DNA of 64,000 nucleotides from Thermoplasmata archaeon (GTDB taxonomy: Archaea; Thermoplasmatota; Thermoplasmata; Lutacidiplasmatales; UBA184), in assembly GCA_022750455.1 (NCBI GenBank), contig JAKIVR010000002.1, positions 1,270-65,269 of the forward strand. Direction: 5' to 3'. Below, one piece after another: positions 1 through 9,973 of this stretch; position 1 is the stretch's first letter; every line of letters begins with the position of its first letter. A program made the translations under genes and the position numbers. The notes below the pieces were generated by a model. The model saw nothing but the letters and a program-made list of their open reading frames with translations, searched no databases and was not told the DNA's origin.

Positions 1-843
1 GGGACCGGTATCCGCGCCAACCGAAGAGCTTCCACCGACGGCGCCCCTTGGAGGAGTGGATCCACATCCCGGTTCCGGCCCTCGTCTCGGCGGAGATGCA
101 AGCGAGGGCTCTGGCGGAATTCCGGAAGCACCGATGGACCTTCGGTCGACGTCCCCGGTATCCGTACCTGTTGCGCCGGCTCGTGACCTGCGGGGAGTGC
201 GGGCTGAGGATGAACGCGACACTCCAGTTGCCTCGGCGGGGACCTCATCCTCGCGGAGGACGGGAATTCTACCTGTACTACACGTGCAAGGGTACGCACA
301 CGTCCCCGGAGGACACGGGTCGGGCTCAGCGATGCCGGGCCAAGCGGGTTCGGGCGGACCGGCTCGATGAAGTGGTATGGGCCTCTCTCTCCGAGTTCCT
401 CCAGAAGCCCGAAGTTCTGCGCCGAGAACTTGCCACACATCTGGAGGACCGGCAGAGCTCCGCCAAGCGAGGAAGCCGAGAGGCGATCCACCTCACCGAG
501 AGGAGACGCCAGATCGAGAGGCAGCGCCAACGCTTGGTCGACGCCTACCAGGCGGGGGCGCTCGACGTGCAAGAGCTACGGCTCCGCAGCGAGCGGATCG
601 AAGCAGAGCGAGCCGAGATCGACCGACAACTGGGGGAACTACGGGCGCTGGGGGAGCAGACGGCCCGCCGAGAAGAGGTTTATCATGGGGTGGCCCGGTT
701 CTGCTCCGAGGTACGGAAGGGTCTGGACCGCCTCACCTTCGAGGAGAAAGTGAAGCTGGTTCGACTCTTGGTCGACCGCGTGGTGACGAAGAAGGGCGAG
801 GTCACCATCGAGCACGTCATCCCACTGACGGGCCGGTTTGTGG
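1..843 (+). pseudogene. Large serine recombinase, C-terminal portion (zinc beta-ribbon + coiled coil). The 5' end is outside the window. The frame runs on without a natural stop and degenerates after ~aa 265.
   Basis: Frame is open from the window edge. Zn-ribbon recombinase motif LVTCGECGLRMNA...LYYTCKG is followed by a long Arg/Glu/Gln-rich coiled coil. Downstream in-frame sequence is low-complexity, while a transposase-like block continues in another frame. Confidence 0.5.
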
Positions 844-1266
844 GAAAGTGTACAGACGAGCGAGCTGGTGTTCAAGGAACTCAAGTCGCACTACGCCCTC
901 GACCAGTTCCGGACGACGAACGCGCAGGTGGTAGAGGCGCTGATCTGGTCAGCGCTGCTCACGTTGGTGGTCAGCCGCCGACTCCATACGCTGGTGCGGA
1001 GGCGGGCTCCCGAGGAGATCCGACCGCGCTACACGCAGCTGCGGTTCGCGGTGAACTTCCGTCGAGGAGCGCGGCATATCCTGAGCGCGATAACTCTACG
1101 ACCTCGGGCTCTCGAAGGAGAAGGGGAATCACTTCGCCCTGAACATGTATCTCGTCGAGGCATCCCTCGATCCGCACGTCAAGCGGCACCGATTCCGAGA
1201 GGAGTGGTCGACGTGAGCGTCGTTAACTTATGCCGGATGGAAGCGCATCATCGAAGAAGCCTCTAA
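838..1266 (+). pseudogene. IS4/IS5-like (DDE_Tnp_1) transposase C-terminal remnant
   Basis: SELVFKELKSHYALDQFRTTNAQVVEALIWSALLTLVV matches the conserved C-terminal block of IS4-family transposases. No catalytic DDE region is present. Confidence 0.4.
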
Positions 1267-1291
1267 GAATCAATAGGACCCTCCGCGCGGC

Positions 1292-1681
1292 GTGTCCGCC
1301 AAGCAGCCGCTGAAAGTCGACCCGAAGCTCCGCCTAATCATCCTAACCGGGGGCTCGGGCGCGGGAAAGACACAGGTAGCGAACAGGCTAATCGGCCGTC
1401 TGGAGAAGCAGTGGCGCCTTGTGCAGCTCGACGGCTACGTTCCGTGGGGTTGGAAGGATCCGGCGGTTCATTCCGCCGGGAAGACTCTTCGATATTTCGT
1501 CCACGACGAGGGGCTCCCGGTACTGTTCGATGGAGCGATTGCGGCAGGTCACCTCGCCACTCTCTGCTCGGGATCGGGGCTGTCGTGGCCCTCAACTATT
1601 CTCCTTTTAGCTGAAAGTGTAACGCCTCTCCCTCGAGTCAGTCCAGCTCAGGTACCTCAGCTTTCGTCAGGAGAATCTTGA
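1292..1681 (+). CDS. P-loop NTPase/kinase-like protein (short, possibly truncated)
   Basis: Walker A LIILTGGSGAGKT. At 129 aa it is shorter than typical P-loop kinases, and the C-terminus is low complexity. Confidence 0.4.
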   Translation: MSAKQPLKVDPKLRLIILTGGSGAGKTQVANRLIGRLEKQWRLVQLDGYVPWGWKDPAVHSAGKTLRYFVHDEGLPVLFDGAIAAGHLATLCSGSGLSWPSTILLLAESVTPLPRVSPAQVPQLSSGES

Positions 1682-1931
1682 GCGTCCGGGGCTTCCCTGG
1701 CGTTCGAGATAGGCAACCACTCGCTTCGAGGCGCAAAATCATCTGATGGACCGAGGGGCCGTAAACTCCCAGGAAGGCGGCGATCTCGTTCTCGGCCGGT
1801 GGGATGCGATGCACCTTCGTGTAGTAGTACACGTAGGCGACGAGTTGGCCCTGCTTTCGGGTCAACCGCCGTATCCCCCCCACGGTGCGCCCCTTCACCT
1901 GGGGAGAGGGATCTCGGCGTGCTGGACACAC
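1638..1931 (-). CDS. LexA-like winged-helix DNA-binding domain protein. The N-terminus has no canonical start and is likely truncated by the adjacent IS.
   Basis: IPPAENEIAAFLGVYGPSVHQMILRLEASGCLSR resembles the LexA N-terminal wHTH. It overlaps the IS630 transposase 3' end by 36 nt. Confidence 0.3.
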   Translation of the reverse strand: MCPARRDPSPQVKGRTVGGIRRLTRKQGQLVAYVYYYTKVHRIPPAENEIAAFLGVYGPSVHQMILRLEASGCLSRTPGKPRTLKILLTKAEVPELD

Positions 1932-3010
1932 CTCGCGAGGAAGTCAGGGTGGCCCTGGAGCCATCGGAGTTCTCGCTCCACGCCCTCTCGGATCTCCTCC
2001 TCACTCTTCGGACAGAAGTTGGGAAGACGTTGGTACTTCAGTGCGTTCCAGACCATCTCGTCCGGATTAAGTTCCGGGGCGTAGGCGGGGAACCGACGGG
2101 TCTTCAGCCGCTTCCGCATCTCCCACAGGAACGCCTTCACGTCCTTTCGACGGTGGATGGTCCCGTTGTCCCACAGGAGCAGGACCCTCCCGCGCACCTC
2201 CTTCAGAAGGTAACGCAGGAACTCGATGACACCACCCCCGTCGAAGTTCTTGTCCGTCTCGCTGAGACGGAAGTAGAGCTGCCCCCTCACTCCCACCGCA
2301 GAGATGAGGGAGATCTTCATCCGCTTCCCCTGACGGGTCTGGATCTCTGGGCGTTCCCCCTCGATCCACCATGTCCGACGGACGTTCGGCTCGGACTGGG
2401 CGGAGCTCTCGTCGAGGAAGAGGAGAGTGGCCCGGGTTCGACGGGCCTCCGTCACGATCCGGGGCCATTCGATCCTCCTCCAGTGCCGGATGTACTTCTC
2501 GTCCCGTTCGAAGGCGCGGGGGACGGGGACCTGGGCCGAGAGCCCCAAGTCCCGGAGGACATGCCACACCCCGGACTCGGTGTACTGCTCTCCGAACTCC
2601 GTCGCGATGACCTCCGCCACGCGCTTGAGGGTCCAGAGGTCGGTGGGGTAGCCGTGGGCCAAAGCCCCCTCGAGCAGGATCTCTCGTAGGCGCTTCCGTT
2701 GCTTCTCGTCGATCTTCCGCGGCCCGCCGGGGTGGTTCGCCTCTCTCCATGAACGGGGCCCCTGGGTGCGCTGGCGTTTCTCCCAAGCCCAGACCGTCTT
2801 GTACGCCACCTCCAAACGCCGAGCGATCTCGGCTTTGGGAACCCCGCGGCGGAGCCACCGGTAGGCGAGACGACGGCGCTCCTCTCGGGCAGAAACCGGG
2901 GACACGGGTCTTCGGTGGGAGCGGGGACGACGCCCCCGATGACCCCTTCGGTGAGCCATACCCACCGATAGCCTCAGCTAGATATTACTCTTATCATTCA
3001 AAGAGCAGTA
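1850..3010. mobile_element. IS630-family insertion sequence (boundaries approximate, TIRs not resolved)
   Basis: Intact transposase 1895..2965. An AT-rich flank at 2990-3060 contrasts with the ~68% GC background. Confidence 0.5.
1895..2965 (-). CDS. IS630-family (Tc1/mariner-like) transposase
   Basis: N-terminal HTH, DDE_3 core with LFLDESS, LLLWDNGTIHRRKD and the signature AYAPELNPDEMVWNALK. Confidence 0.85.
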   Translation of the reverse strand: MGMAHRRGHRGRRPRSHRRPVSPVSAREERRRLAYRWLRRGVPKAEIARRLEVAYKTVWAWEKRQRTQGPRSWREANHPGGPRKIDEKQRKRLREILLEGALAHGYPTDLWTLKRVAEVIATEFGEQYTESGVWHVLRDLGLSAQVPVPRAFERDEKYIRHWRRIEWPRIVTEARRTRATLLFLDESSAQSEPNVRRTWWIEGERPEIQTRQGKRMKISLISAVGVRGQLYFRLSETDKNFDGGGVIEFLRYLLKEVRGRVLLLWDNGTIHRRKDVKAFLWEMRKRLKTRRFPAYAPELNPDEMVWNALKYQRLPNFCPKSEEEIREGVERELRWLQGHPDFLARCVQHAEIPLPR

Positions 3011-3063
3011 AGGTCAGAGTGATCCAGCTCTTGCGAGCGGCGTCGACAGCCCGAGAACGGAGG

Positions 3064-3273
3064 ATGACTGATCCGACTCTTTGGTCGGGATGGGATGAGG
3101 ACCGGAAGGAGAACGCAATTGCCCAACTCGAAAAACAGGTGCCCGGGACGATTGAAGGAGCCGCAATGATCGATACGGATCCACTCACCGAATCCCAGGT
3201 CTTCGAGGCCGTTCTTGCGGCGGTTCTTTCGACCGGACCTCCTCGTTTCCCGTCGAAGAACGCCACCGATTGA
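3064..3273 (+). CDS. hypothetical small protein
   Basis: ATG-initiated 69-aa ORF after an AT-rich promoter-like stretch. No recognisable domain. Confidence 0.25.
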   Translation: MTDPTLWSGWDEDRKENAIAQLEKQVPGTIEGAAMIDTDPLTESQVFEAVLAAVLSTGPPRFPSKNATD

Positions 3274-3451
3274 GGCGGCCGACCAAACCACCCCCTCGAC
3301 GAAGCCACGAAGTGTTACACACGGTTTTTGGGCGTCAGCGAGCCGCGAGAACGTTACAGTTCCGCTGAAAGCGAACGCTTAAGTATCGATTTCCGAGATG
3401 GCACGTCAGCGTATGACGCTCGTCTGACAAACGCAACTAGAGGCAACAACA

Positions 3452-4591
3452 ATGAAGTCCATCATCCAGGAAGCCATCGCGAAGCACGCCGAAAACCAAG
3501 CGCTGGTCGACGACAAGAAGCCGGACGGGCAGAATCCGGCGTACACCAGCGTCGACGATGCCGAGCTGGCGAAGTTGGCGGAGACGCTGAAGGTCAACAT
3601 CCGGATCGTCGGATGCGGCGGCGGCGGCTCCAACACGGTCAACCGGTGCGTCGACGAGGGGATCCAGGGCGCCGAGATGTGCGCCATCAACACCGACGCG
3701 AAGCACCTCCTGACCATCCACGCGCCCCGCAAGATCCTGATCGGTCGCCGGGCCACGAAGGGCCTAGGCGCCGGCGCTCGCCCCGAGGTCGGGGAGGAGG
3801 CCGCCCGCGAGAACGAAGAGGAGCTGCGCCAATTCGTTCAGGGCGCTCACATCGTCTTCATCACAGCGGGCATGGGCGGCGGAACCGGTACCGGCTCCGC
3901 GCACCTGGTCGCTCGTCTCGCCAAGGAAGCGGGCGCCCTCACGATGGGCGTCGTCACCATCCCGTTCTCCGCGGAAGGTGCCGTGCGCATGGAGCAGGCC
4001 CGGGACGGGCTCGAGCGCCTGCGCCGCGTCTGCGACACGACGATCGTCATCCAGAACGACAAGCTGTTGGAGCTCGTTCCCCGGATGCCGCTCGACGCCG
4101 CCTTCAAACTGGCCGACGCCGTCCTGATGACGGCGATCAAGGGCATCATCGAGATCGTGACGCGCCCGGGGCTCGTGAACTTGGACTACGCCGACATCCT
4201 GACCGTCATGAAGGACGGCGGGGTCGCCCTGATCGGGCTTGGCGAGAGCGAGAGCGCGACGGACCGCGTGACCGAAGCGGTCACCGAAGGTCTGACGTCC
4301 CCTCTGCTCGGCAACGTCGAGCTGAAGGACGCGACCGGCGCCTTGGTCCGCGTGATCGGCGGTCCGACAATGACCGTCTCGGAGGCCGAGAAGGCCGCCG
4401 CGCTCGTCGGGGCGAAGATCTCCAAGCGGGCCCGCATCATCTGGGGCTGCTCCGTCGAGAACTCTCCGGAGATGGAGAACACCATCAAGGTGCTCCTCAT
4501 CATCACGGGCGTGCGCGCGACCAGCCTCCTCGGTTCCAAGGGAGGCTACGCAGCCGGTGAGTCCGAGGAAGTCATCGACCTCGTCCGGTAG
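3452..4591 (+). CDS. ftsZ: cell division GTPase FtsZ (tubulin/FtsZ family)
   Basis: GCGGGGSNTVNRC and GMGGGTGTGSA tubulin-signature motifs. A gaggcaacaacaATG start context. 379 aa. Confidence 0.9.
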   Translation: MKSIIQEAIAKHAENQALVDDKKPDGQNPAYTSVDDAELAKLAETLKVNIRIVGCGGGGSNTVNRCVDEGIQGAEMCAINTDAKHLLTIHAPRKILIGRRATKGLGAGARPEVGEEAARENEEELRQFVQGAHIVFITAGMGGGTGTGSAHLVARLAKEAGALTMGVVTIPFSAEGAVRMEQARDGLERLRRVCDTTIVIQNDKLLELVPRMPLDAAFKLADAVLMTAIKGIIEIVTRPGLVNLDYADILTVMKDGGVALIGLGESESATDRVTEAVTEGLTSPLLGNVELKDATGALVRVIGGPTMTVSEAEKAAALVGAKISKRARIIWGCSVENSPEMENTIKVLLIITGVRATSLLGSKGGYAAGESEEVIDLVR

Positions 4592-4983
4592 AACTCGTTC
4601 CCGCCCCCGCTACCTCGGCGTCGAGGTGGCGGGGGAACTGATCCCCTCGGGTCGGCTGGAGAGCGGACTCGCCCAACAGCTCGGTCCTGAGCGGCGAGGC
4701 CCACCTCCCCGCATGATCCGGCGGGAAGGGTCGCGGGCGATCCTGCGGATTGGCCACGAGGATCTCGGGCTCGCCCGGAACCGATGGAACGGGCCGACGA
4801 CGCTCGACGGGCGCGCGGTGATCCTCCGGACGACTCGTACCTGGGGAACGCTCCTGAAAGGGAAGCGCTGGATCGGTCCCTCGTCCTCGAATCCTCGCCT
4901 CCGGGCACCCCCGCCCGAGGCAGTGGGTTAAATACACCGTCCCGGCGTAGTTACACGAGCCTGGCCTGAGGAGACTCTCTCCG

Positions 4984-6567
4984 GTGAAGCGACTCCGTAC
5001 CATCCGTCAACGGCCGAATCGCGCCACCGCGGCGCAGGTCAGCGCTGTCGCCACGATCCTCGGCCTCCTGCTGTTGTCGAGCTTTCTGGGAAATTTCTTC
5101 AACACGACCCTTCCCGCCGAGGAGGAGGAGCTGGAGTTCCAGCACGGCGTTCTGATCCAGAACCAGATGGCCGAGCTCCAGGCGACGATCTACAAGGAGG
5201 CGTCGAGCCCGCTGCCGTACAACCTCCCCACCCCGATCTCCCTCGGATCCGAGCCATACCCGCCGTTCGGTCTCTCGTCCCCCGGCAGCATCGCTCCCGC
5301 GGGCCCGGGGACCTCGGTCAATAGCACCTACACTCTCGTCTCCATCGACGGGAACTCCCCGGACTGGAACTTCGGGTCCCACTGCCTCTCGCCCGCCGGC
5401 AGCGGCACCTGTATCACCCCCGGCGTGACCAACAGCTGGAACTCGACCGCCAACGGCACCCGCTTCAACGTGATCATCGCTGCCTCCGCGTCGACGAACG
5501 GCCTCTACTACAACATCACCGGCCAGAACGACTCCCTGAACGTGACCTGGCTCGGCGCCACCGCGGGGCGCGTGGAGGTCGTGATCTACGGCTCGAACGA
5601 CACCGTCAACTTCACCATGAGCGGGCTTGACGCGAACTCCCCGATCCTTCAGTTCCTCTTCTACGGGCAGAACGACACCATCAACAGTTACATCACGACG
5701 GTCCACATCGGCGTCGGCGGCACGTCCGACCTCGTCCAGTTCGTCGGAGTTCACGAGCCGCTCTGTCCGCAGCTCAATCTCTCCGGGACCGATCGTCTCG
5801 GACACACGAACGTCACCGGACTGAACAGCAATGTGAAGTTCACCGTCTCGTGGTGGAACGCCATCGGACGCACCACCGCCCCCAACACGCTCCCGCTGGC
5901 GGGCGGAGGCAGCTCAGTGACGTTCCTCAACAACACCGGATTCATCGCGTGCGCCTTCACCAAGGCGTACCCGGAGAAGTACCTGATCCAGTACGAGTCC
6001 GGGATCCTGGTCCACCTCAACAACCGGTACGACCCGCCGACGGACATCGCCTACGATGACGGGGCCGTCATCCTCGCCCACCCCGGCCTCGGCTCGATCC
6101 TCCTTGACCAACCGAACTTGTTCGTGCGTCCGATCAATTCGCAGGCGGCCATGATCGTGAACGGGGCCGGTGGCCCGGTCTCGGTGTCCGGGTTCGACGC
6201 GAACTTCACCCTCGTCAGCCTCTTCGGGAACTACTCGCAAGAGGTCGGCGTCGGGACGGCCTCGGTGCTCACTCGGGTCATCGACTCCCACACGTACTCG
6301 GTCATCAACCTCCCGCCGAAGAACATCTACCTCGCTTCGTTCTGGCTCAACGTCACCACCCCGTACCCGAGCGCCTGGTCCTCGCTCTTCAGCACCTGGC
6401 CGGGCGCCGCGATCCCCGGGGGCTTCCACTGCACGACGACCGTCGTGATCGCGGCCCCGTACACCTGCCTCTTGCCGCCCCCGGGAGATTCGGTGACGCT
6501 GTCGGGGGAGATGCTCATCTCGGAGCTGAATCTGCAGACCGTCACGGTCGCCGTCTCCATCGCCTGA
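4984..6567 (+). CDS. cell-surface glycoprotein with N-terminal signal/TM anchor (S-layer or adhesin candidate)
   Basis: GTG start. Hydrophobic N-terminus AVATILGLLLLSSFLGNFF. More than 20 N-glycosylation sequons (NTT, NST, NGT, NIT, NVT, NFT, NDT...). Ser/Thr/Gly/Asn-rich beta-rich composition. Confidence 0.7.
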   Translation: MKRLRTIRQRPNRATAAQVSAVATILGLLLLSSFLGNFFNTTLPAEEEELEFQHGVLIQNQMAELQATIYKEASSPLPYNLPTPISLGSEPYPPFGLSSPGSIAPAGPGTSVNSTYTLVSIDGNSPDWNFGSHCLSPAGSGTCITPGVTNSWNSTANGTRFNVIIAASASTNGLYYNITGQNDSLNVTWLGATAGRVEVVIYGSNDTVNFTMSGLDANSPILQFLFYGQNDTINSYITTVHIGVGGTSDLVQFVGVHEPLCPQLNLSGTDRLGHTNVTGLNSNVKFTVSWWNAIGRTTAPNTLPLAGGGSSVTFLNNTGFIACAFTKAYPEKYLIQYESGILVHLNNRYDPPTDIAYDDGAVILAHPGLGSILLDQPNLFVRPINSQAAMIVNGAGGPVSVSGFDANFTLVSLFGNYSQEVGVGTASVLTRVIDSHTYSVINLPPKNIYLASFWLNVTTPYPSAWSSLFSTWPGAAIPGGFHCTTTVVIAAPYTCLLPPPGDSVTLSGEMLISELNLQTVTVAVSIA

Positions 6568-6601
6568 GTGCTTTACGACAGCATTATCTTTCGACCTGCC
6601 T

Positions 6602-6613
6602 CCCTGTACAGGG
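6602..6613. promoter_or_regulatory. perfect 12-bp palindrome CCCTGTACAGGG in the glycoprotein/purH intergenic region
   Basis: Read directly from sequence. It lies ~10 nt upstream of the purH GTG and 35 nt downstream of the glycoprotein stop. Confidence 0.25.
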
Positions 6614-6622
6614 TAACGGCGA

Positions 6623-8185
6623 GTGCCGGTCAACGCAGGGGAACGGATCCGGTTGCGTCGGGCCCTCCTGTCGGTCGACTCCAAGGAGGGGCTGCTGCCG
6701 TTCGCCCAAGCTCTCCATCGCCACGGCGTGGAATTGTGGGCGACCCGGGGAACCGCCAAGGTGCTCGAGGCGGGGGGGGTTCCGGTCCGACCCGCGGAGG
6801 ACCTCACAGGGATCGGTTCGTGGTTCGACGGTCGGTTGAAGACCCTGCACCCCGGCATCTTGGGCGGGATCCTCGCCCCCCCGGGGGAGCCGGCCGACCA
6901 GGAGCTCGCGCGCCGGGAGCTGCGCCGGTTCGATCTCGTGGTCGTCAACTTCTACCCGTTCGATCACCTCCCCCCGGACGATCCGGCCGCGGCCGACCGG
7001 ATCGATCTGATCGACATCGGGGGCCTCACCCTCGCTCGATCGGCGGCGAAGAACCACGCGGCGGTCACCGTCGTGAGCGACCCGTCGGAGTACCCGGGGA
7101 TCCTCGAGGAGCTCGAGGCCCCCCCGGGCACGATTGGCCCCGCCACGCGACGGCGCCTCGCCGGCGCGGCGTTCGCCCGGGTCGCCGCGTACGACGACGC
7201 GATCGCCCGCGCCTTCGCCCGCGAGGCGGCAAGCGGCGAAGGGTTCCCGGACGAGATCGGTTTCCGCCCGAGCCCCGGAGAGCTCCGGTACGGGGAGAAC
7301 CCTCACCAGTCGGCCCGGACGTACGTCGCCCAGGCGCCGGGCCCGCTCTCCCCCTGGTCGATGAGCCTGAAGCTCGGGGAGGCGCTCTCGTACAACAATC
7401 TGCTCGACCTCGACGCCTCGCTCTCCATCGTCGCGGAGTTCCCGACCCCGACGGCCGCCGTGGTCAAGCACGGCAACCCCTCGGGCGTCGCCTCCGGCGA
7501 GACGATCCGCGAGGCGCTCGAGCGCGCGCTGGCGTCCGACCGGGTCGCCCGGTACGGCTGTGCCATCGCGGTCAACCGCGAACTCGACGGCGACGACCTC
7601 GAAGCCCTGGGGGGCGTCTTCGTCGACCTGCTCGCCGCGCCCGGAATCAACGAGTCAACCCTGGTACGCGCCCGGAAGCGGGCGAAGTTGAAGCTCGTCG
7701 TCGCCTCGGCCCCCGCTCCCGATACCCCGCGGTGGGAGGCCCGGACCGCCGCCGGCCACCTGCTCCTTCAGCAGGTCGATCGCCGCCAGCTGGCGCCGGA
7801 GGACTTCCGGCTGGTGACGACCGCGAAGGCGACCCCGCACGAATCATGCTCCCTCGATTTCGCCTGGAGGGTCGTCCGACACGCAAAATCGAACGCCATC
7901 GTCCTCGCCTCCGGACCCGTGACGGTAGGGATCGGGTCAGGCCAGCCGACCCGCGTGAAGGCGGTGGAGCTGGCGGTCGAGGTCGCTGGGGAACGGGCGA
8001 AAGGCTCCGTGCTCGCCTCTGACGCGTTCTTTCCGTTCGCGGACGGGGTCGAGGTGGCGGCGCGAGCTGGAATCCGGGCGATCATCCAGCCGGGAGGTAG
8101 CGTGCGGGACGCCGAGGTGATCGCGGCGGCCGAGAAAGCCGGGATTGCGATGTACCTGACCGGCTGGCGTGTGTTCCGGCACTGA
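6623..8185 (+). CDS. purH: bifunctional AICAR transformylase / IMP cyclohydrolase
   Basis: RALLSVDSKEG...LWATRGTAKVL MGS-like N-terminus and full-length AICARFT similarity. GTG start; a downstream TTG is an alternative. Confidence 0.9.
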   Translation: MPVNAGERIRLRRALLSVDSKEGLLPFAQALHRHGVELWATRGTAKVLEAGGVPVRPAEDLTGIGSWFDGRLKTLHPGILGGILAPPGEPADQELARRELRRFDLVVVNFYPFDHLPPDDPAAADRIDLIDIGGLTLARSAAKNHAAVTVVSDPSEYPGILEELEAPPGTIGPATRRRLAGAAFARVAAYDDAIARAFAREAASGEGFPDEIGFRPSPGELRYGENPHQSARTYVAQAPGPLSPWSMSLKLGEALSYNNLLDLDASLSIVAEFPTPTAAVVKHGNPSGVASGETIREALERALASDRVARYGCAIAVNRELDGDDLEALGGVFVDLLAAPGINESTLVRARKRAKLKLVVASAPAPDTPRWEARTAAGHLLLQQVDRRQLAPEDFRLVTTAKATPHESCSLDFAWRVVRHAKSNAIVLASGPVTVGIGSGQPTRVKAVELAVEVAGERAKGSVLASDAFFPFADGVEVAARAGIRAIIQPGGSVRDAEVIAAAEKAGIAMYLTGWRVFRH

Positions 8186-8227
8186 GAGTTCGACCCGGAG
8201 CCGGGGGCTCTCCGAAGCGAGGGGAGT

Positions 8228-8566
8228 TCACTTGAAGTCGAAATAGCGCAGCAGCACCGAGCGGAACTCGGTGGGGGCGGTGATGCCGAGCTCCCGACCC
8301 TTCTCCCGGCCCTGGTCGACGAACAGGTACGTGGGGATGGAGTGGATCCCGAACGACTGGGAGACCTGGTTCGACTCGTCGACGTTCACCTTGGTGAACT
8401 TGACCCGGCCGAGGAACTTCTTGGAGAGGTCGAGCAGGATCGGTTCCGCGACCCGGCACGGGGCGCACCAGTCCGCGTAGAAGTCCACCACCACCGGGAG
8501 CTGGGAGTGGATCACCTCCGCTTCGAAGGTGCTGTCCGTCACATGGATCAGCGTGTCATCTGGCAT
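8228..8566 (-). CDS. trxA: thioredoxin
   Basis: WCAPC active site. ~112 aa from the internal ATG (MPDDTLIHVTDSTFEAEV). The ORF-track N-terminal extension was rejected. Confidence 0.85.
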   Translation of the reverse strand: MPDDTLIHVTDSTFEAEVIHSQLPVVVDFYADWCAPCRVAEPILLDLSKKFLGRVKFTKVNVDESNQVSQSFGIHSIPTYLFVDQGREKGRELGITAPTEFRSVLLRYFDFK

Positions 8567-8628
8567 GAAGAGGCCTGACGATTCGAGCGGGCGCCACCCT
8601 TTAACACTAGCCATCGTCGGGCACTCGG

Positions 8629-9729
8629 ATGGCGGAGAACCGCCGGCGCGTCTCCGAGGCCCGCCGGTTCGACGCCTCGAACGCTCTCCTCCATTGGTTC
8701 GAATCCCACCGTCGGGAGCTCCCGTGGAGGGAGAGCCGCGACCCGTACCGGGTCTGGATCGCCGAAGTTCTCCTGCAACAGACCCGCGTCGCCACCGCGG
8801 TCCGGTACTATGATCGGTTCCTCCGGCAGTTCCCCACGGTCCAGGCGCTCGCCCGGGCCTCCGAGGGGCAGGTGCTCAAGGCCTGGGAGGGCGCCGGATA
8901 CTATGGACGGGCCCGGAACCTCCGCCGGGCGGCCCAGGAGATCGTGCGCCGGCACGGAGGAAAGCTTCCCCAGGACGTGGAGGCACTCGAAGAACTACCG
9001 GGGTTCGGCCCGTATACCGCCGCGGCGGTCGGGAGTTTGGCGTTCGGCTTGCCGGTAGCCGCCCTCGAGGCGAACGGGATGCGAGTCCTCTCCCGGTACT
9101 TTGGCATCCGGGGGGACGTCACCCTCGCCCCGAACCAACGCCGGCTCCGGTCGGCCTTGCAAGGATGGGTCCACCAGGGTCCGAGCGGGCCAATGAACGA
9201 GGCGGTGATGGAGCTCGGCGAGACCGTCTGCGCCCCTCAGAGCCCCCGCTGCCCGGAGTGCCCCCTCGAGCGGGGATGCGTCCTGCGGAGGGAACGCTGG
9301 GACCCCCGGAGCGTGCCAGGCCGCCCACGAAAGCCGCCGGTCCCCCGCGTGTCGGCCTCGATCGCGATCATCGACCGCAACGGTCGCTGGTACGTGCAGC
9401 GCCGACCGGGGGAGGGTCTGCTCGGCGGCCTCTGGGAGTTCCCGGGGGGGAAGATCCAGCCGGACGAGAGCCCGATCGAAGCCTGCCGTCGGGAGGTCCG
9501 GGAGGAGACGGGGTGGACGCCGACACGGCTTCGCCTCCTCGGTACCGTCCAGCACGACTACACCCACCTCCACGTCACGTTGCATGTGTTTGGATCGCGC
9601 TGCGCCGCCTCCGCGCCCGGTCCCCGGACCGGTACGGGGCGCCGGTGGGTCGATCCGGCCACGTTCGCCCGACTTCCGATCCCCCGGGCCACGCAAAAAG
9701 CCTCCCAACTGATGTCGCACCATTTGTGA
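8629..9729 (+). CDS. mutY: A/G-specific adenine DNA glycosylase MutY (HhH-GPD + 4Fe-4S + NUDIX-like C-terminus)
   Basis: HhH-GPD block LPGFGPYTAAAV. CxxxxxxC...C..C cluster (CAPQSPRCPECPLERGC). NUDIX-like GGLWEFPGGK...REVREETG. Confidence 0.85.
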   Translation: MAENRRRVSEARRFDASNALLHWFESHRRELPWRESRDPYRVWIAEVLLQQTRVATAVRYYDRFLRQFPTVQALARASEGQVLKAWEGAGYYGRARNLRRAAQEIVRRHGGKLPQDVEALEELPGFGPYTAAAVGSLAFGLPVAALEANGMRVLSRYFGIRGDVTLAPNQRRLRSALQGWVHQGPSGPMNEAVMELGETVCAPQSPRCPECPLERGCVLRRERWDPRSVPGRPRKPPVPRVSASIAIIDRNGRWYVQRRPGEGLLGGLWEFPGGKIQPDESPIEACRREVREETGWTPTRLRLLGTVQHDYTHLHVTLHVFGSRCAASAPGPRTGTGRRWVDPATFARLPIPRATQKASQLMSHHL

Positions 9730-9973
9730 CAAGATCGGCCCCGGATCCGGAGCTACTACGAGGGGAAAGTCGCGGAGAAATCGTGTTTCGACCGTTGGAA
9801 CACCGTTCAGGGTCGTCTGCAAAACTATATAGTCGCCCATGCCATGTCTATAATTGGCCTCGGGCTCCGGCGAAACGAAAGGGGCGGCACCGTCCAAAGG
9901 CCCCGATCGTGTCGCCGGCGCCTTCCCTTACCCAATTTTTCGAGCGATACCGGTCGGTCGGTTCACCGTCCAT

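Noticed and set aside
1850-3010. Attempt to define IS630 terminal inverted repeats
   Set aside because: Only weak similarity (CAAAGAGCAG vs GAAAGCAGG) between the ends. Boundaries left approximate.
8690-8715. GGTTCGAATCCCACC, a tRNA T-arm-like motif
   Set aside because: It lies inside the mutY coding frame (LHWFESHRREL). No flanking acceptor or anticodon arms could be built.
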